Source of the DNA: a virus
Lineage: Duplodnaviria > Caudoviricetes
DNA: 58,949 nucleotides
Direction: 5' to 3' (one strand)
IMG/VR virus record: IMGVR_UViG_3300005764_000001
Span: 1 to 58,949 of that record
A model generated the notes under the pieces. That model saw only the letters and a program-made list of their open reading frames with translations, ran no database searches and was not told where the DNA came from. Each line of letters starts with the position of its first letter. Position 1 is the stretch's first letter. Shown here in pieces: positions 18,840 through 28,538 of the stretch. A program made the position numbers and the translations under genes.

Positions 18840-19015
18840 GTGTGCCTTCTGCCTTTGGTAGTGATCGTCGTCGTTGGCTGGGGTTTGTGGTGGTCGTGCG
18901 AGGATAGTGGCATGTTGGGTGGCGAATTGCCAGCTCATCGATGGTTCGCAATTGTCGTGGGCGGGCGAACGCGTATTTGCGAGGGGTAGGGGCAGCGTTC
19001 GGGGGTGTCGGCTGG

Positions 19016-19246
19016 CTACGTGTCGCTGAGCGGGTCTTGCTGGCGTATCGAGGTGAATGAGCGGACGTGGCGGAAGGCGGGGCAGCGTTCGTTGTGGTCG
19101 GTGCAGCGTTCGACGAGGTCGGCTACGGACAGATCGGTGACGATGTCGGTGATGTGTTCGGTGCAGTGGGCGCATCGAACGTGGTCTCCGCAGGGCAGGC
19201 CGGAGAAGGTGTCGGAGCAGCGGAACCGAAAGTAGTCCATATCCAT
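19016..19246 (-). CDS. Small Cys/His-rich hypothetical protein
   Basis: CAHC and H...C motifs; fits the leftward operon. Confidence 0.5.
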   Translation of the reverse strand: MDMDYFRFRCSDTFSGLPCGDHVRCAHCTEHITDIVTDLSVADLVERCTDHNERCPAFRHVRSFTSIRQQDPLSDT

Positions 19247-19374
19247 CTAGGTAGATATCCTCCGTGTGGGGTCCGCACCCGCCCGGGTGCCCCGATCCAG
19301 TCGCGCGATGCAGATTCGCCTTTGGATTGGTGTCACCGGGTGGGCTGCTAGGCGGGCGGGTGCGGACGTCTGTG

Positions 19375-19719
19375 CTACCAGTCGATGTCGGTCACGTAGG
19401 TGCCGTCGGCTGGTCCCGGTTCGTCGTCGTGGCAGATCAGTTCGTAGAGCAGGTCCAGGGCGGCGGCGGCGCGGGCCATGTCGCGGGTGGCCCGGTTGTG
19501 GGCGGCCAGGCCCAGGAGGAGGACTGCGGTGGTCGCGGCGGCGGCGATGACGGCCAGCGGCCCGTGCGCGGCGGCGATGTTCCAGGCGGTGGTGAACGCG
19601 ACGAGGACCGCGAGGGTGTACGCGGTGGCCTCGGTCCAGAACCAGCGCTTGCCGCTGCGGCTGGCGGACAGGTAGGCGTCGCGGGCGTTGTCGAGCATCG
19701 CGTCGGGCCGCCTGGTCAC
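19375..19719 (-). CDS. Membrane protein
   Basis: Two hydrophobic segments; overlaps upstream stop. Confidence 0.6.
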   Translation of the reverse strand: MTRRPDAMLDNARDAYLSASRSGKRWFWTEATAYTLAVLVAFTTAWNIAAAHGPLAVIAAAATTAVLLLGLAAHNRATRDMARAAAALDLLYELICHDDEPGPADGTYVTDIDW

Positions 19720-19925
19720 GGCATCGCCTCCCCGCCGGGGCGGGGCGAGGGCAGGCGCGGGCGGGGCAGGCCGGTGCGCCGGAGCCGTTCGTTGGAGACC
19801 AGCTCGTAGGTCATGTCGCAGCTGCGGCAGCCGGTGCCGCGCATGTGTTCCTGGTTGAGTTCGATGGCCAGCAGCTGCTCGTCGGTGAACCCGCGCATGG
19901 GGCTCAGATCAGCCGGTGCGCTCAT
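19716..19925 (-). CDS. Hypothetical protein
   Basis: ATGA-coupled to upstream gene; H....CxxC. Confidence 0.55.
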   Translation of the reverse strand: MSAPADLSPMRGFTDEQLLAIELNQEHMRGTGCRSCDMTYELVSNERLRRTGLPRPRLPSPRPGGEAMP

Positions 19926-21649
19926 ACCATGTCCTCCCACTGGGCGTACACCTCGACCATGCCGCCGGGGCGGCGCACGGCGCGGATGTTGAGGGTCAGC
20001 CCGACGGTGTCGGCGACGAGGTCGACGGGCAGCCGGTCGGCGGCCACCCGCAACAGCTTGGCCCAGGCGCCCTTGTGGTCGGCGCGCAGCTTGGCGGCCA
20101 GGCTGGCGAACTGGCCGAGCATCAGGGCGGCCTCGCAGGGTTCGACGGGGGCCGGTGCGGGCATCGGCGGCTCGTCAAGCTGGAGCATGTACTCGACCCC
20201 GGCGGCCTTGTCGGCGAGGAAGGCGGTGGCGCCCTCGTCGGTGTCGACGTCGCTGAACAGGGCGGGCCGCAGGGGTTCGGCCGTGGCGGGCGGGTCGAGT
20301 TCGACGGTGATCGGGCGGCGCGGTGCCGGTGCCGGTGCCGCAGCCGTGGCAGCCGGCTTGGCGGAGGGGTCGACGAGGGTGTAGCCGACCCGGCCGGCGA
20401 CCCGGGCGTGGATGAGCTTGCCCTTCTTGACCAGGGTGTCGGCGGCGAAGCGGACGTTGGCCTGGGGGTAGCCCAGCGGTGCGAGGCGCTCGCACAGGTC
20501 GGTTGCCAGCGGGGTGTCGCCGATCTTGTATTCGGTGTCCAGGATGATGGTCAGGGCGGCGCGGGCCGGGATGCCGGGCTCGATGACCGCCTTGGGACCG
20601 TCGGGGGTCTGGATCGGTGCCTGCTGGCGGCGGGCGTACCAGGCGGCGGCGACGTTGGTCCAGGTGTCGGGGTCGGTGAGGATGTAGCGGCCCCGGCCCG
20701 TGCGGATGAGGGCGTGGTCGCGGCTGTGCAGGCGGACCATGGCCTGCGACACGGCGGCGTAGGTGTTGTCGTCGGCGGTGGTGGAGCGGGCGCCGAGCAG
20801 CTGGGAGACGTCGCGGATCTCGATGGCGTCGCCGGGCTTGTACACCTCCCAGATGATCTCGATGGTGCGGTCCAGCCAGGTCGGCTGGTAGCCGGTGTCG
20901 GGCACCGGTTCGATGGCGATTGTGGTAGCGGTGCTGGTGTCCATGGTCGGGTTCTCCTGTGCGGCGGGCTGCTGCGGCTCGCGGAACACTTCCGGGGCCG
21001 GCGGGCTGGCGGGTGACAGGGGTTGCCTGGCGATGCCAGTTATCTCGCGCAGGTCGCCGTTGCGGTCGTAGACGGTGATGATGTCGTCGGTGGATTCCTG
21101 TACGACGACGGCGATGTCGTTGCGCACGACGACGCGGCGGCCGGGCTTTTTTCCCGACTGTGTCTTGAGCGGGTCGGTCAGGGTCAGATAGACCTCGTAC
21201 GGTCCGATGCCGCGCTGTTCGCAGCGGCTCAGGCTGTAGGGCGTGAAGGCGTAGCGCACGGCGGCGTCGCGGGTGCGTTCAACGATGTTGTCGGGAAGCA
21301 CGTAGTCCGAGGGGATCCACTTGCCGTCGGGGTCGGCCAGCGGGCGCTCTTCCTTGTCGGCGATCGCGGGGTCGGGCTTGCGGCGCTTGGTGGGCCGGTT
21401 GTCGCGCATGAAGTTCATGGCGCGTACGGCGTTGTGGTGGCGCAGCCTGACGTAGAGCTGGCGGGCTTCCTTGTAGTTGTCCGACGGGCCGATGGTCAGC
21501 GGTGCGCCGCCGCCGGGCGGGGTGGCCACGTACAGCTTGCCGTTGGCCTCGCCGCTCTTGGGCCGTACGGTCCAGCCCATCCCGGCGAGGTTGGTACAAA
21601 CAGTTTCGACGTCTCGTTTCGTGAGTCCCTGACTGCTGACCCCCGACAT
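19922..21649 (-). CDS. Multidomain protein: HicA-like + DUF4258-like + winged-HTH-like regions
   Basis: GGAGG RBS; L..MGWTV...P.GG..LT; FTPYSLSRCEQRGI...EV...L..P...IITVY; internal RBS AGGAG before ATG 20944. Confidence 0.55.
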   Translation of the reverse strand: MSGVSSQGLTKRDVETVCTNLAGMGWTVRPKSGEANGKLYVATPPGGGAPLTIGPSDNYKEARQLYVRLRHHNAVRAMNFMRDNRPTKRRKPDPAIADKEERPLADPDGKWIPSDYVLPDNIVERTRDAAVRYAFTPYSLSRCEQRGIGPYEVYLTLTDPLKTQSGKKPGRRVVVRNDIAVVVQESTDDIITVYDRNGDLREITGIARQPLSPASPPAPEVFREPQQPAAQENPTMDTSTATTIAIEPVPDTGYQPTWLDRTIEIIWEVYKPGDAIEIRDVSQLLGARSTTADDNTYAAVSQAMVRLHSRDHALIRTGRGRYILTDPDTWTNVAAAWYARRQQAPIQTPDGPKAVIEPGIPARAALTIILDTEYKIGDTPLATDLCERLAPLGYPQANVRFAADTLVKKGKLIHARVAGRVGYTLVDPSAKPAATAAAPAPAPRRPITVELDPPATAEPLRPALFSDVDTDEGATAFLADKAAGVEYMLQLDEPPMPAPAPVEPCEAALMLGQFASLAAKLRADHKGAWAKLLRVAADRLPVDLVADTVGLTLNIRAVRRPGGMVEVYAQWEDMV

Positions 21650-21944
21650 AGTCGTCCTCCGATTCTGTTATTTCCCAATGGCGTCAGGAGAATTCACTGG
21701 CGCGAGGGTTGAATGTCATAATGCTCGCATCAACGCGGCCTGTCATCGGCCGGTGACGAAACTTGCATGTGTCACTGCGTTGATTCACTCGACCGGGTGT
21801 ATTCCCGCACGTCCTTTAGGGTCTGAGGTTGTACTGCTACCCCATAATCAGGCTAAAGGTGGGGCCCGGCCGCGCGCGTGATCGGCTGCGCCGTTCGGGG
21901 AGGACACAACGGACGGCACGGCCGGGCCATGCAGGCAATTTAGC

Positions 21945-22295
21945 TCATTCATCGGGTGCCTTCTCGCCCCATCGGCGGGCCGCCATTGCCGACCAGTTAG
22001 CCCGGGAAAGGATGAACCAGCAGCCCAAATCGGCAATGATGAATGCCATGGTTGCCCAGTGTCCGGGGTACAGGCCGGCGAACGCGCACCAGTGCACGAA
22101 CACGGCGGGCAGGTACATCGGGCGCAGCTCCACCGACGTGGCCCGCACGTGGGCCAGCACCCGGCGGCGCCGACCGGTGCCGGGGTCGAACAGCGCCGCG
22201 AGGATGACCGACCAGGGCCAGATCTGGATGACGGCGAACGTCAGCCCCAGCACGCACTGAAGCATGAACGTGAAGTACGGCGACGGATCGGTCAC
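21945..22295 (-). CDS. Membrane protein
   Basis: Three hydrophobic segments; GGAGG RBS. Confidence 0.6.
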   Translation of the reverse strand: MTDPSPYFTFMLQCVLGLTFAVIQIWPWSVILAALFDPGTGRRRRVLAHVRATSVELRPMYLPAVFVHWCAFAGLYPGHWATMAFIIADLGCWFILSRANWSAMAARRWGEKAPDE

Positions 22296-22636
22296 GACGG
22301 CTGCCTCCCATGCGCGGCAAGGACTCGCCGGGCGAACGCCATCGCCGCGCCGATGACGGCGAAGTCCGGCTCGGCCAGCCCGGTCGACATCGCGGTGAAC
22401 CAGGCCCGCCCGTAGAGCAGCACCGGGCCGCCGCCGCCGTTGCTGCCGGTGGGCAGCACGCTGGCGGCGATGCTGGCCTGGGCGTTGAGCCCGGCGCCGT
22501 TGGCCAGGGCCTCGCTGCGCTCCCAGACGGCGATCGGCCCCCGGATCGCGCGCAGCGTCAGCAGCGGTCCGGGCACTTCGCCGATCGCCACGATGGTGTC
22601 GTGGCCGGACTCGTCGCAGGTCACCACGAAACTCAT
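22292..22636 (-). CDS. Hypothetical protein (possibly DUF3846-like)
   Basis: ATGA coupling; LNAQAS...LYGRAWF. Confidence 0.5.
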   Translation of the reverse strand: MSFVVTCDESGHDTIVAIGEVPGPLLTLRAIRGPIAVWERSEALANGAGLNAQASIAASVLPTGSNGGGGPVLLYGRAWFTAMSTGLAEPDFAVIGAAMAFARRVLAAHGRQPS

Positions 22637-23178
22637 TCCGGTCCGCCGATCGCCACGGTCAGGCCGGGGTTGTCCAGCAGCCCGCCCAGCGCCTCGATCA
22701 GGGTGCCGTCGCGCCACGCCTCGGCCAGTGCGGCGCGACCGCCGGTCGCGAACGTGGTGCGCAGATACCCGGCGACCGGCGAGGGCGCGGCGGCCCAGGC
22801 GACGATCTCGCCGGTCGGGATGTAGACGACGACGCCCTCGGGTTCGATCGACAGCCGGGCCATCAGGGTCCGGTCGAACGCGGGCCGGATCGCCGCTTCG
22901 ACCTGCTCGGGAAAGCGGTCCTGGACCCAGGCGAGTTTGCCCAGCGGCTCGGTGACATACGGGGTGCGCGGGCGGGCCCAGGTCGCCGTCGCCACGTCCA
23001 GGCTGCCCAGCCGGGCGGTGACCTGTTTGACGCCCTGGGTGGCGTGCGCGTGGCGCAGCGCCTGCGACAGCTGGGCGCGGCGGGCGGCCAGGGTCTGTTC
23101 GGCCATGTCGCGCAGCTGGGTCAGGGCGGCGACCTGGTCGGCCAGATCGCGCAGGGTGACCGGCGCGGGATCGGTCAT
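22633..23178 (-). CDS. Recombination-module protein downstream of ERF
   Basis: Coupled start; N-terminal coiled coil, WV...P..V and TGEIV motifs. Confidence 0.55.
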   Translation of the reverse strand: MTDPAPVTLRDLADQVAALTQLRDMAEQTLAARRAQLSQALRHAHATQGVKQVTARLGSLDVATATWARPRTPYVTEPLGKLAWVQDRFPEQVEAAIRPAFDRTLMARLSIEPEGVVVYIPTGEIVAWAAAPSPVAGYLRTTFATGGRAALAEAWRDGTLIEALGGLLDNPGLTVAIGGPE

Positions 23179-23867
23179 GACGGGCCGTCCTCTCCGGTCG
23201 CGGCCTCGTCGGGCAGGTTCACGGTGACGATGCCCGGCCCGTACTTGGCGACCTCGCGGTAGTAGCCCCACAGGTGGCGCAGCTCGTCCTCGGACAGCTC
23301 GGCCAGGTCGCGCCCGCCGTAGCGGGAGCCGACCTCGCGGGTCAGCTGGGCCTCGCCGATGCCGGCCTTGCCGGCCATCTCCACGACCGCCTGCACCGGC
23401 GAGGTGGCCCGGGTCGGCGGGGCCTGCTGCTCGGGGGCGCCGCGCGCGGCCCGCCCGTCGTCGTCCTCTTCGGACGGGTGGACGCCGGTCAGCGCCAGCA
23501 GCGCGTACCGGCGGCCGTAGGTCATCGCCGAGCCGAGCACCTGCGGGTCGGCCCCGGCGGGCATCGGCCACAGCGCCGTCTCGGCTTCGCCGCCGATGTG
23601 GCGCAGCGTGCACCGCAAAACGAGGCGGCCGGTGTCGTCGATGTCGGTGCGGCAGGTGTAGGCCAGCCCGTACAGGGCCAGCCGGGGCAGCACGATCGCG
23701 GCGACGTCGGCCAGGTCGGCGTAGGTGTAGCGGTACGAGCCGCCGGTGCGGGTGGCGACGCTGGCCGTCTGGTCCTTGGCGACCGCCGGGAGGGTCGCCT
23801 GGAACGCCACCAGGGCAGCGGTCAGCGTCGCGGGCACCTCCCCGCCGCTCTTCTTCGTCTCGGCCAT
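23175..23867 (-). CDS. ERF family single-strand annealing protein
   Basis: Y.YADLAD and Q..GSAMTYGRRYAL.A..G....EDDDG motifs. Confidence 0.92.
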   Translation of the reverse strand: MAETKKSGGEVPATLTAALVAFQATLPAVAKDQTASVATRTGGSYRYTYADLADVAAIVLPRLALYGLAYTCRTDIDDTGRLVLRCTLRHIGGEAETALWPMPAGADPQVLGSAMTYGRRYALLALTGVHPSEEDDDGRAARGAPEQQAPPTRATSPVQAVVEMAGKAGIGEAQLTREVGSRYGGRDLAELSEDELRHLWGYYREVAKYGPGIVTVNLPDEAATGEDGPS

Positions 23868-23895
23868 GCGCCCAGAGTGCCATCACCACCCGACG

Positions 23896-23936
23896 TTTAT
23901 GGGAGGACACGGTGACGACCGGGACTACGGCATAAG
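23896..23936. promoter_or_regulatory. 41-bp inverted-repeat site F upstream of ERF
   Basis: TTTATGGGAGGACACG-GTGACGACC-GGGACTACGGCATAAG; ATG and CAT 32 nt apart. Confidence 0.65.
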
Positions 23937-24029
23937 CCGGAAGGGTGGAAGGTGTACCGTCACCGTCGGGAGGGCGCCGCGCAGGCGTTCCATGCCTCGG
24001 CGCTTGCCGCGGTCACGTCGCCCTCCCGC

Positions 24030-24311
24030 CTATCCGTCGTAGAGGATCCGGGCGGTCCCGTCGACGTCCACGGTGGCCGACAGCACCGGCGCGGGCACCC
24101 ACGGATTCCACACCACCGCAATCGCGTGCGCGGCGGCGAACGCCAGGATCGAGGGCACCGTCCACAGCGGAGAGCCGGAGATCCGCACGGCAGGCGGCGG
24201 CAGCCGGCGGCCCCGGGGCGTGTTCGCCCGCCGCCACTGGGCCACGGTGCTGCGCGAGCGGCCGGTCATCCGGGCGATCTCGCCGAGCCCGACCAGCGGA
24301 ACGGTGTCCAT
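24030..24311 (-). CDS. AlpA-like HTH protein
   Basis: LVGLGEIARMTGRSRSTVAQWRR...LPPP.....GSPLW. Confidence 0.75.
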   Translation of the reverse strand: MDTVPLVGLGEIARMTGRSRSTVAQWRRANTPRGRRLPPPAVRISGSPLWTVPSILAFAAAHAIAVVWNPWVPAPVLSATVDVDGTARILYDG

Positions 24312-24865
24312 GTCGGCGGTGTCGGGCGCGCTCAGGGCCCGGCCGAGCCGCGCCCCCGGCGCGGACTGGCTGTGCCGGAACGGCCGGGTGCGCCGGGTGT
24401 ACACGACCACGATGACCCTCCCCCGCAGCGGCCTGCGCTGACCGTCGCGCGGCGCAGAACGGGCTGTAGCGCGATTGTGTGCACGCGCACCCCGGTACCG
24501 CAACGGGGGACCGCCGCTGCGGGGCCGGGGCGCGCCGCCGTCCGTGGTTGCCCACGGCGGGACGCGCCCGAGGATGCACGGATGCGCCCCGCCGTGGGCG
24601 GCAGACCCGCCGCCCGTTTCGGCGGGGGCTGCCCTACGCGCGGGTGTCGTCGACCCATCGGCGTAGCCCCGACCCCCCGGAGTTCCATGCGCACGCCGGG
24701 GTCGCGGCTACGGGTCGGCTGGTCTGGCAGTGCTTGCTATCCCGCACGGACACGAAACGGGCTTGCCGGGCCGAGACGACCTAGCGCACCCCTTCGCGCC
24801 GCAACGGATCGTAACCCGCCGGACACCGCCGCGAACCTTTACTGTCACCCGTACGGCGTAAACCG

Positions 24866-25342
24866 CTATCGGACGCTGTCACCCGTGCGGGTGGTGCCGG
24901 TGCCGATCTTCGCCGCCGCCCGGTAGCGGCGGTACGCGGTCGACCGCGAGCACTGCAACCGGGCCGCCAAACCGTCCGCGCCTTCGGCGTGAAACGCCGC
25001 CACCAGCTGCGCACACGCGAGCGGATCGCTGTAGTCGGCCGCCGGACGCCGCCCCGGCGGCGCGATCGCCACCCCGGCCGCGACCAGCACCAGCGTCACG
25101 TTCGCCTGCGACAGCCCGACATCGCGGGCCAGCTTGTAGATCGGCTGCCCGCCCTGGTACGCGGCCACGATCGCCAACGCGTCGCCGACCGCGACGCTGG
25201 GCACCCGCCGGTGGTGCGCGGCCAGGACCCGGTCGACATGCTCGCGCGAACAGCCGCACTGGCGGGCGATCGTCGCCCGTGGCGTCGCGACCGTGAACCT
25301 GCCCAGAATCGAGCGGTCGGAGCAGTAGCCCGTGGCCGGCAT
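24866..25342 (-). CDS. Multi-HTH DNA-binding protein
   Basis: Three HTH-like segments (IARQCGCSREHV, LARDVGLSQANV, LAARLQCSRSTAYR). Confidence 0.7.
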   Translation of the reverse strand: MPATGYCSDRSILGRFTVATPRATIARQCGCSREHVDRVLAAHHRRVPSVAVGDALAIVAAYQGGQPIYKLARDVGLSQANVTLVLVAAGVAIAPPGRRPAADYSDPLACAQLVAAFHAEGADGLAARLQCSRSTAYRRYRAAAKIGTGTTRTGDSVR

Positions 25343-25401
25343 CGGCACCCCCCGGGTCGATCGGGACCGTCGAGAATCGATGCTAAAGGAGGTGGTCGCC
25401 G

Positions 25402-26010
25402 GTGCCCAAGCCGCGCCGCAAGCCCGCCAAGACCCTGGCCGTGGGCGGCCAGCTGGTCCTGGACGGCGAGCTGGTGATGCCGGGCGCGCCATGGGACCAG
25501 ATGCCCGGCGAGTCCGACGTGGCCTATGCGCAGTTCTGCTACTACCGCGACATGGGCCGCGACCGCACCGTCGCCAAGGCCGCCGCGCACCTGCAACGAT
25601 CTGGGGGACACCTGAACAATGTGGCGCACGACTGGCGCTGGGTCACCCGGGCGCGGGCGTTCGACGCGGAGCTGGATCGGCTGTTCGCGGCCCGCGCCCT
25701 GGACGCGCGGATGCAGATGGCCGAACGCCACGCCGCGATCGCCGGGCGGGTCCTGGAAGTCGTCGCGCTGCGCCTTTCCACCCTGGACACCTCCAAACTC
25801 GCCCCGGCGGACCTGGCCCGGTGGCTGGACGTCGCGGCGAAGATGGAGCGCCTGGCGTGGGCGACCCCGACCACGCCGATCGCCGCCGACGCCGCCGACG
25901 GCGGGGTCGACATCGCCGCCCTGGACGAGCAGGGCCGCCACGACCGGCTGGCGATGCTCAAGACCGAACTGGAACGGCGGCTGGCCGACACCCGCACCGG
26001 CGTACGCTGA
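25402..26010 (+). CDS. terS: Putative terminase small subunit
   Basis: AAGGAGG RBS; PWDQMPGES..AY..F..YRDMG..RT...W..RA.AFD motif of actinophage TerS-like HTH proteins. Confidence 0.7.
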   Translation: MPKPRRKPAKTLAVGGQLVLDGELVMPGAPWDQMPGESDVAYAQFCYYRDMGRDRTVAKAAAHLQRSGGHLNNVAHDWRWVTRARAFDAELDRLFAARALDARMQMAERHAAIAGRVLEVVALRLSTLDTSKLAPADLARWLDVAAKMERLAWATPTTPIAADAADGGVDIAALDEQGRHDRLAMLKTELERRLADTRTGVR

Positions 26011-26161
26011 GCCGGTCGCCAAGACCCACCGCTCCCCTTCGCAAACGCCGTAGTCTGGGCTGCGGGTCGGCGTCACGGCGGTTCCGGCCTCGCGGGCCGC
26101 CCGTACGGCCGACAAAGGGCCGGGCACCTTCGCGGTACCCGGCCCCCTGGAAAGATCTTGA

Positions 26162-26938
26162 TCAGACCCGGCCGGCTTCCTCGTTCGCCACGATCTCGTT
26201 GACGTCGACCCCGTGGGCGCGCAGCCGGTCCATCAGCGCCTCGCGGATCTCGTCGGACACATTTACGCCCTTGTCGTCGGCCATCTGGCGCACCGCATCC
26301 CACAGATACTGCGACGCGCGCAGGGCCCGCCCGCGCATCTCCGCACGCGGATCGAGCACCGGGCGCCTCGACCAGCCCGACGGCTGATTCATCGGAGCAA
26401 CCACGATCGGCCCCCTTGAATTGACGACCGGACTGCGAAACCCGCGCCCGGCCGGGATCAGCGTATCCGCCACCGTGTTTGTGCTGGCCTTGGCAGGTTT
26501 GGCGGCGGTACCCTTCCGGCTAATCCCAGAGGGCGGTGGCTGGTCTGGCATGTCGTCGCTGCTCACCGGGTCGCCTGTGGACGGTCGGCGCGGGCCGCCC
26601 ACAGGCCGGGCCTCGCCGGTCCGCAGCTGCGGATACCGCCCCCGCACCGAGGGGTCGTCGAACACCCCGGCGTCTTGCAGCCGCTCGGTGAACTGACGTA
26701 GCGCGCGCCGCTCATGGTCGGACGACTCGAACCCGTGCATGCCGAGCGGCTCCGCCGCCGCATACAGCTCGACCAGGTCGTCGGCGCTGGCGCTGAGCCG
26801 CAGCAGCGAACCGCGCCCCTTGCGCTGGTGCTCCCCCGCCGACAACAGCCCGGCCGCCGGGGTCGCGGCCAGATAGTCGGCCAGCATCCCGGGAATCTCC
26901 ACCGCGTATGTCTGGGCAGCGGGTTTTCGCTTGGTCAC
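26162..26938 (-). CDS. Protein with C-terminal ribbon-helix-helix-like domain
   Basis: RALRASQYLWDAVRQMADDKGVNVSDEIREAL. Confidence 0.6.
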   Translation of the reverse strand: MTKRKPAAQTYAVEIPGMLADYLAATPAAGLLSAGEHQRKGRGSLLRLSASADDLVELYAAAEPLGMHGFESSDHERRALRQFTERLQDAGVFDDPSVRGRYPQLRTGEARPVGGPRRPSTGDPVSSDDMPDQPPPSGISRKGTAAKPAKASTNTVADTLIPAGRGFRSPVVNSRGPIVVAPMNQPSGWSRRPVLDPRAEMRGRALRASQYLWDAVRQMADDKGVNVSDEIREALMDRLRAHGVDVNEIVANEEAGRV

Positions 26939-27219
26939 AGCTGTTCGTCCTTGTCCTCGGGAACACAGATGTCGATCTTGCCACCGCCGGCCTGCGAGAG
27001 CGCCTCCGCCCGCTGCGCCAGCGCCTCGTAGCGCGGCAACAGCTTGCGGATCTGCTCGTCGCCGCGGGCAATGCTGCGCGCCACCCGCTCGCCGATCTCG
27101 CGGCGGGTCTCGCCCAGCTCGTACAGCTCGCCGAGGATCGCCAGCCGCTCAAGCTCGATCGCCTGGGCCCGACGCTTGGCGCGCCGGGCTTCGACCGTCT
27201 CCCCGTCCACCCTTACCAC
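26935..27219 (-). CDS. Coiled-coil hypothetical protein
   Basis: GTGA-coupled to downstream gene; start uncertain. Confidence 0.55.
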   Translation of the reverse strand: MVRVDGETVEARRAKRRAQAIELERLAILGELYELGETRREIGERVARSIARGDEQIRKLLPRYEALAQRAEALSQAGGGKIDICVPEDKDEQL

Positions 27220-27243
27220 CCTACCGCTAGCGATATACCCATT

Positions 27244-27447
27244 TCAACTGGTGCGGCGCACCTCGGCGTGCACGTACGTGCCGATACCGTCGTCCATCCC
27301 GTTCAGACTGATGAACGCCCCGTTGTCCAGCTCGAAGCCGACCACGTCGATCCGCCACGCCCGGACGCTGGCGTCCCAGAACCGCTGCTGGCGAACTGCG
27401 GTGATCGTGCGCCCGACCACGTCAGCGCTGCGCATCGGTACCCCCAC
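27244..27447 (-). CDS. Early hypothetical protein
   Basis: VGRTITAV; end of operon; start uncertain. Confidence 0.5.
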   Translation of the reverse strand: MGVPMRSADVVGRTITAVRQQRFWDASVRAWRIDVVGFELDNGAFISLNGMDDGIGTYVHAEVRRTS

Positions 27448-27847
27448 TCACGGCGTCGCCGTATTTGGCAAGAGCGGCGCGGTACGCGGGCAGCAGGTCG
27501 CGCTCCAGCCGTCCGGCGATCGTCTGCGGCCCGTCGCCGGTAGCGCAGATCAGCCAGCCGCCGTCGGCGTCGGCGTCGGCCTGCTCGGTGCCGCCAGGAA
27601 ACTGGCCGAACAGGCCCACCGACGATGCCCCCCGGCCGTGCCAGCCGAACAGGATCACCTCGGCGGCCGGGCCGCGCAGCAGCGCCGCGCGCTCGAACGG
27701 GTCGACCGTCCAGCCGTCGCCGAGGTGCGCGGCGATCTCGCGGCCCAGCGCGCACAGCGCCGCGAGTTGCCGATCCCGGGCTTCGCGGGCCGCGCGGACC
27801 TCCCGCGCGGCCTGCTCGTCGTAGGGCCGCCAATTGAAGCCGGTCAT
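27422..27847 (-). CDS. Early hypothetical protein
   Basis: GGAG RBS; AI.GRLERDLLPAY-type C-terminus. Confidence 0.6.
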   Translation of the reverse strand: MTGFNWRPYDEQAAREVRAAREARDRQLAALCALGREIAAHLGDGWTVDPFERAALLRGPAAEVILFGWHGRGASSVGLFGQFPGGTEQADADADGGWLICATGDGPQTIAGRLERDLLPAYRAALAKYGDAVSGGTDAQR

Positions 27848-27849
27848 CT

Positions 27850-28119
27850 CTAGCTCTCCAGTCCCAGGTAGTTGCGGCACCAGGCGGCTTGCCCGGGTAC
27901 GTCCAGGTCGTTGGCCTCGGCGTGCGCGTCGGCCTGCTCGTCGTCGAAGGGGATGTGGCTGAGCAGCAGGGTGACCGCCTTGTCCGGGTAGCCCGCGTGC
28001 ACGAGTACCTCGGCCAGCGCGTCGGCCTCTTTGCAGAGCAGTCCGTCGGCGGCGTACATGTCGTTGATCGTGGCGGCCAGCTTGACGAGCGCCTGGTGCA
28101 GGTTGATTGCGGTGGTCAT
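27850..28119 (-). CDS. Early hypothetical protein, paralog of 28123-28467
   Basis: Shared C.EADAL..VL..AGY...A...L..H motif. Confidence 0.7.
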   Translation of the reverse strand: MTTAINLHQALVKLAATINDMYAADGLLCKEADALAEVLVHAGYPDKAVTLLLSHIPFDDEQADAHAEANDLDVPGQAAWCRNYLGLES

Positions 28120-28122
28120 TGG

Positions 28123-28467
28123 CTAGTCCTCGATCTCCAGGAAGTCTTTCGCCCACGCGATGCGTGCGTCACTGTCCAGCGCGTCGTCGTCCTCGTCGTC
28201 CACCTCGTCGTCGATGTAGTGGGCGTCTCCGTCGATGTCGCTTTCGGCGTGGCAGATCAGCACGCTGATGGCGGCGTTGCGGTACCCGGCGACCAGCAGC
28301 ACCCGCGAGAGCGCGTCCGCCTCGTTGCAGCTCATTTCCTTGGCCGGGTACATGTTGGTGATGGAGTCGGCCAGCTGCTGCAATGCGCTGTCCAGGCGGG
28401 CCGGGATGCCGGGCAGCGGCACATCGGGCAGACCGGTTTGGATCTTGAAGTCGTACGGCGTGGTCAT
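28123..28467 (-). CDS. Acidic early hypothetical protein
   Basis: GAGG RBS; first gene after promoter 28504-28532. Confidence 0.7.
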   Translation of the reverse strand: MTTPYDFKIQTGLPDVPLPGIPARLDSALQQLADSITNMYPAKEMSCNEADALSRVLLVAGYRNAAISVLICHAESDIDGDAHYIDDEVDDEDDDALDSDARIAWAKDFLEIED

Positions 28468-28503
28468 CGCGGGTCGTTCCTCTCTCGGTGTGCTTTAGCT
28501 CTA

Positions 28504-28532
28504 ATGGTAGGTCATGCGCTAGCGGTAGTCAA
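28504..28532 (-). promoter_or_regulatory. Early sigma-A-type promoter
   Basis: TTGACT-17 nt (accgcTAGCGcatgacc)-TACCAT. Confidence 0.8.
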
Positions 28533-28538
28533 ACATCT

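Noticed and set aside
21808-21848. CCCCATAAT as a seventh 41-bp site
   Set aside because: Only one outer half-motif; no partner ATG or GTG 32 nt upstream
26051-26075. TAGTCT followed by GGCTGCGGGTCGG as another late-promoter box
   Set aside because: Partial match, wrong spacing (1 nt rather than 17-18) and no downstream sense gene
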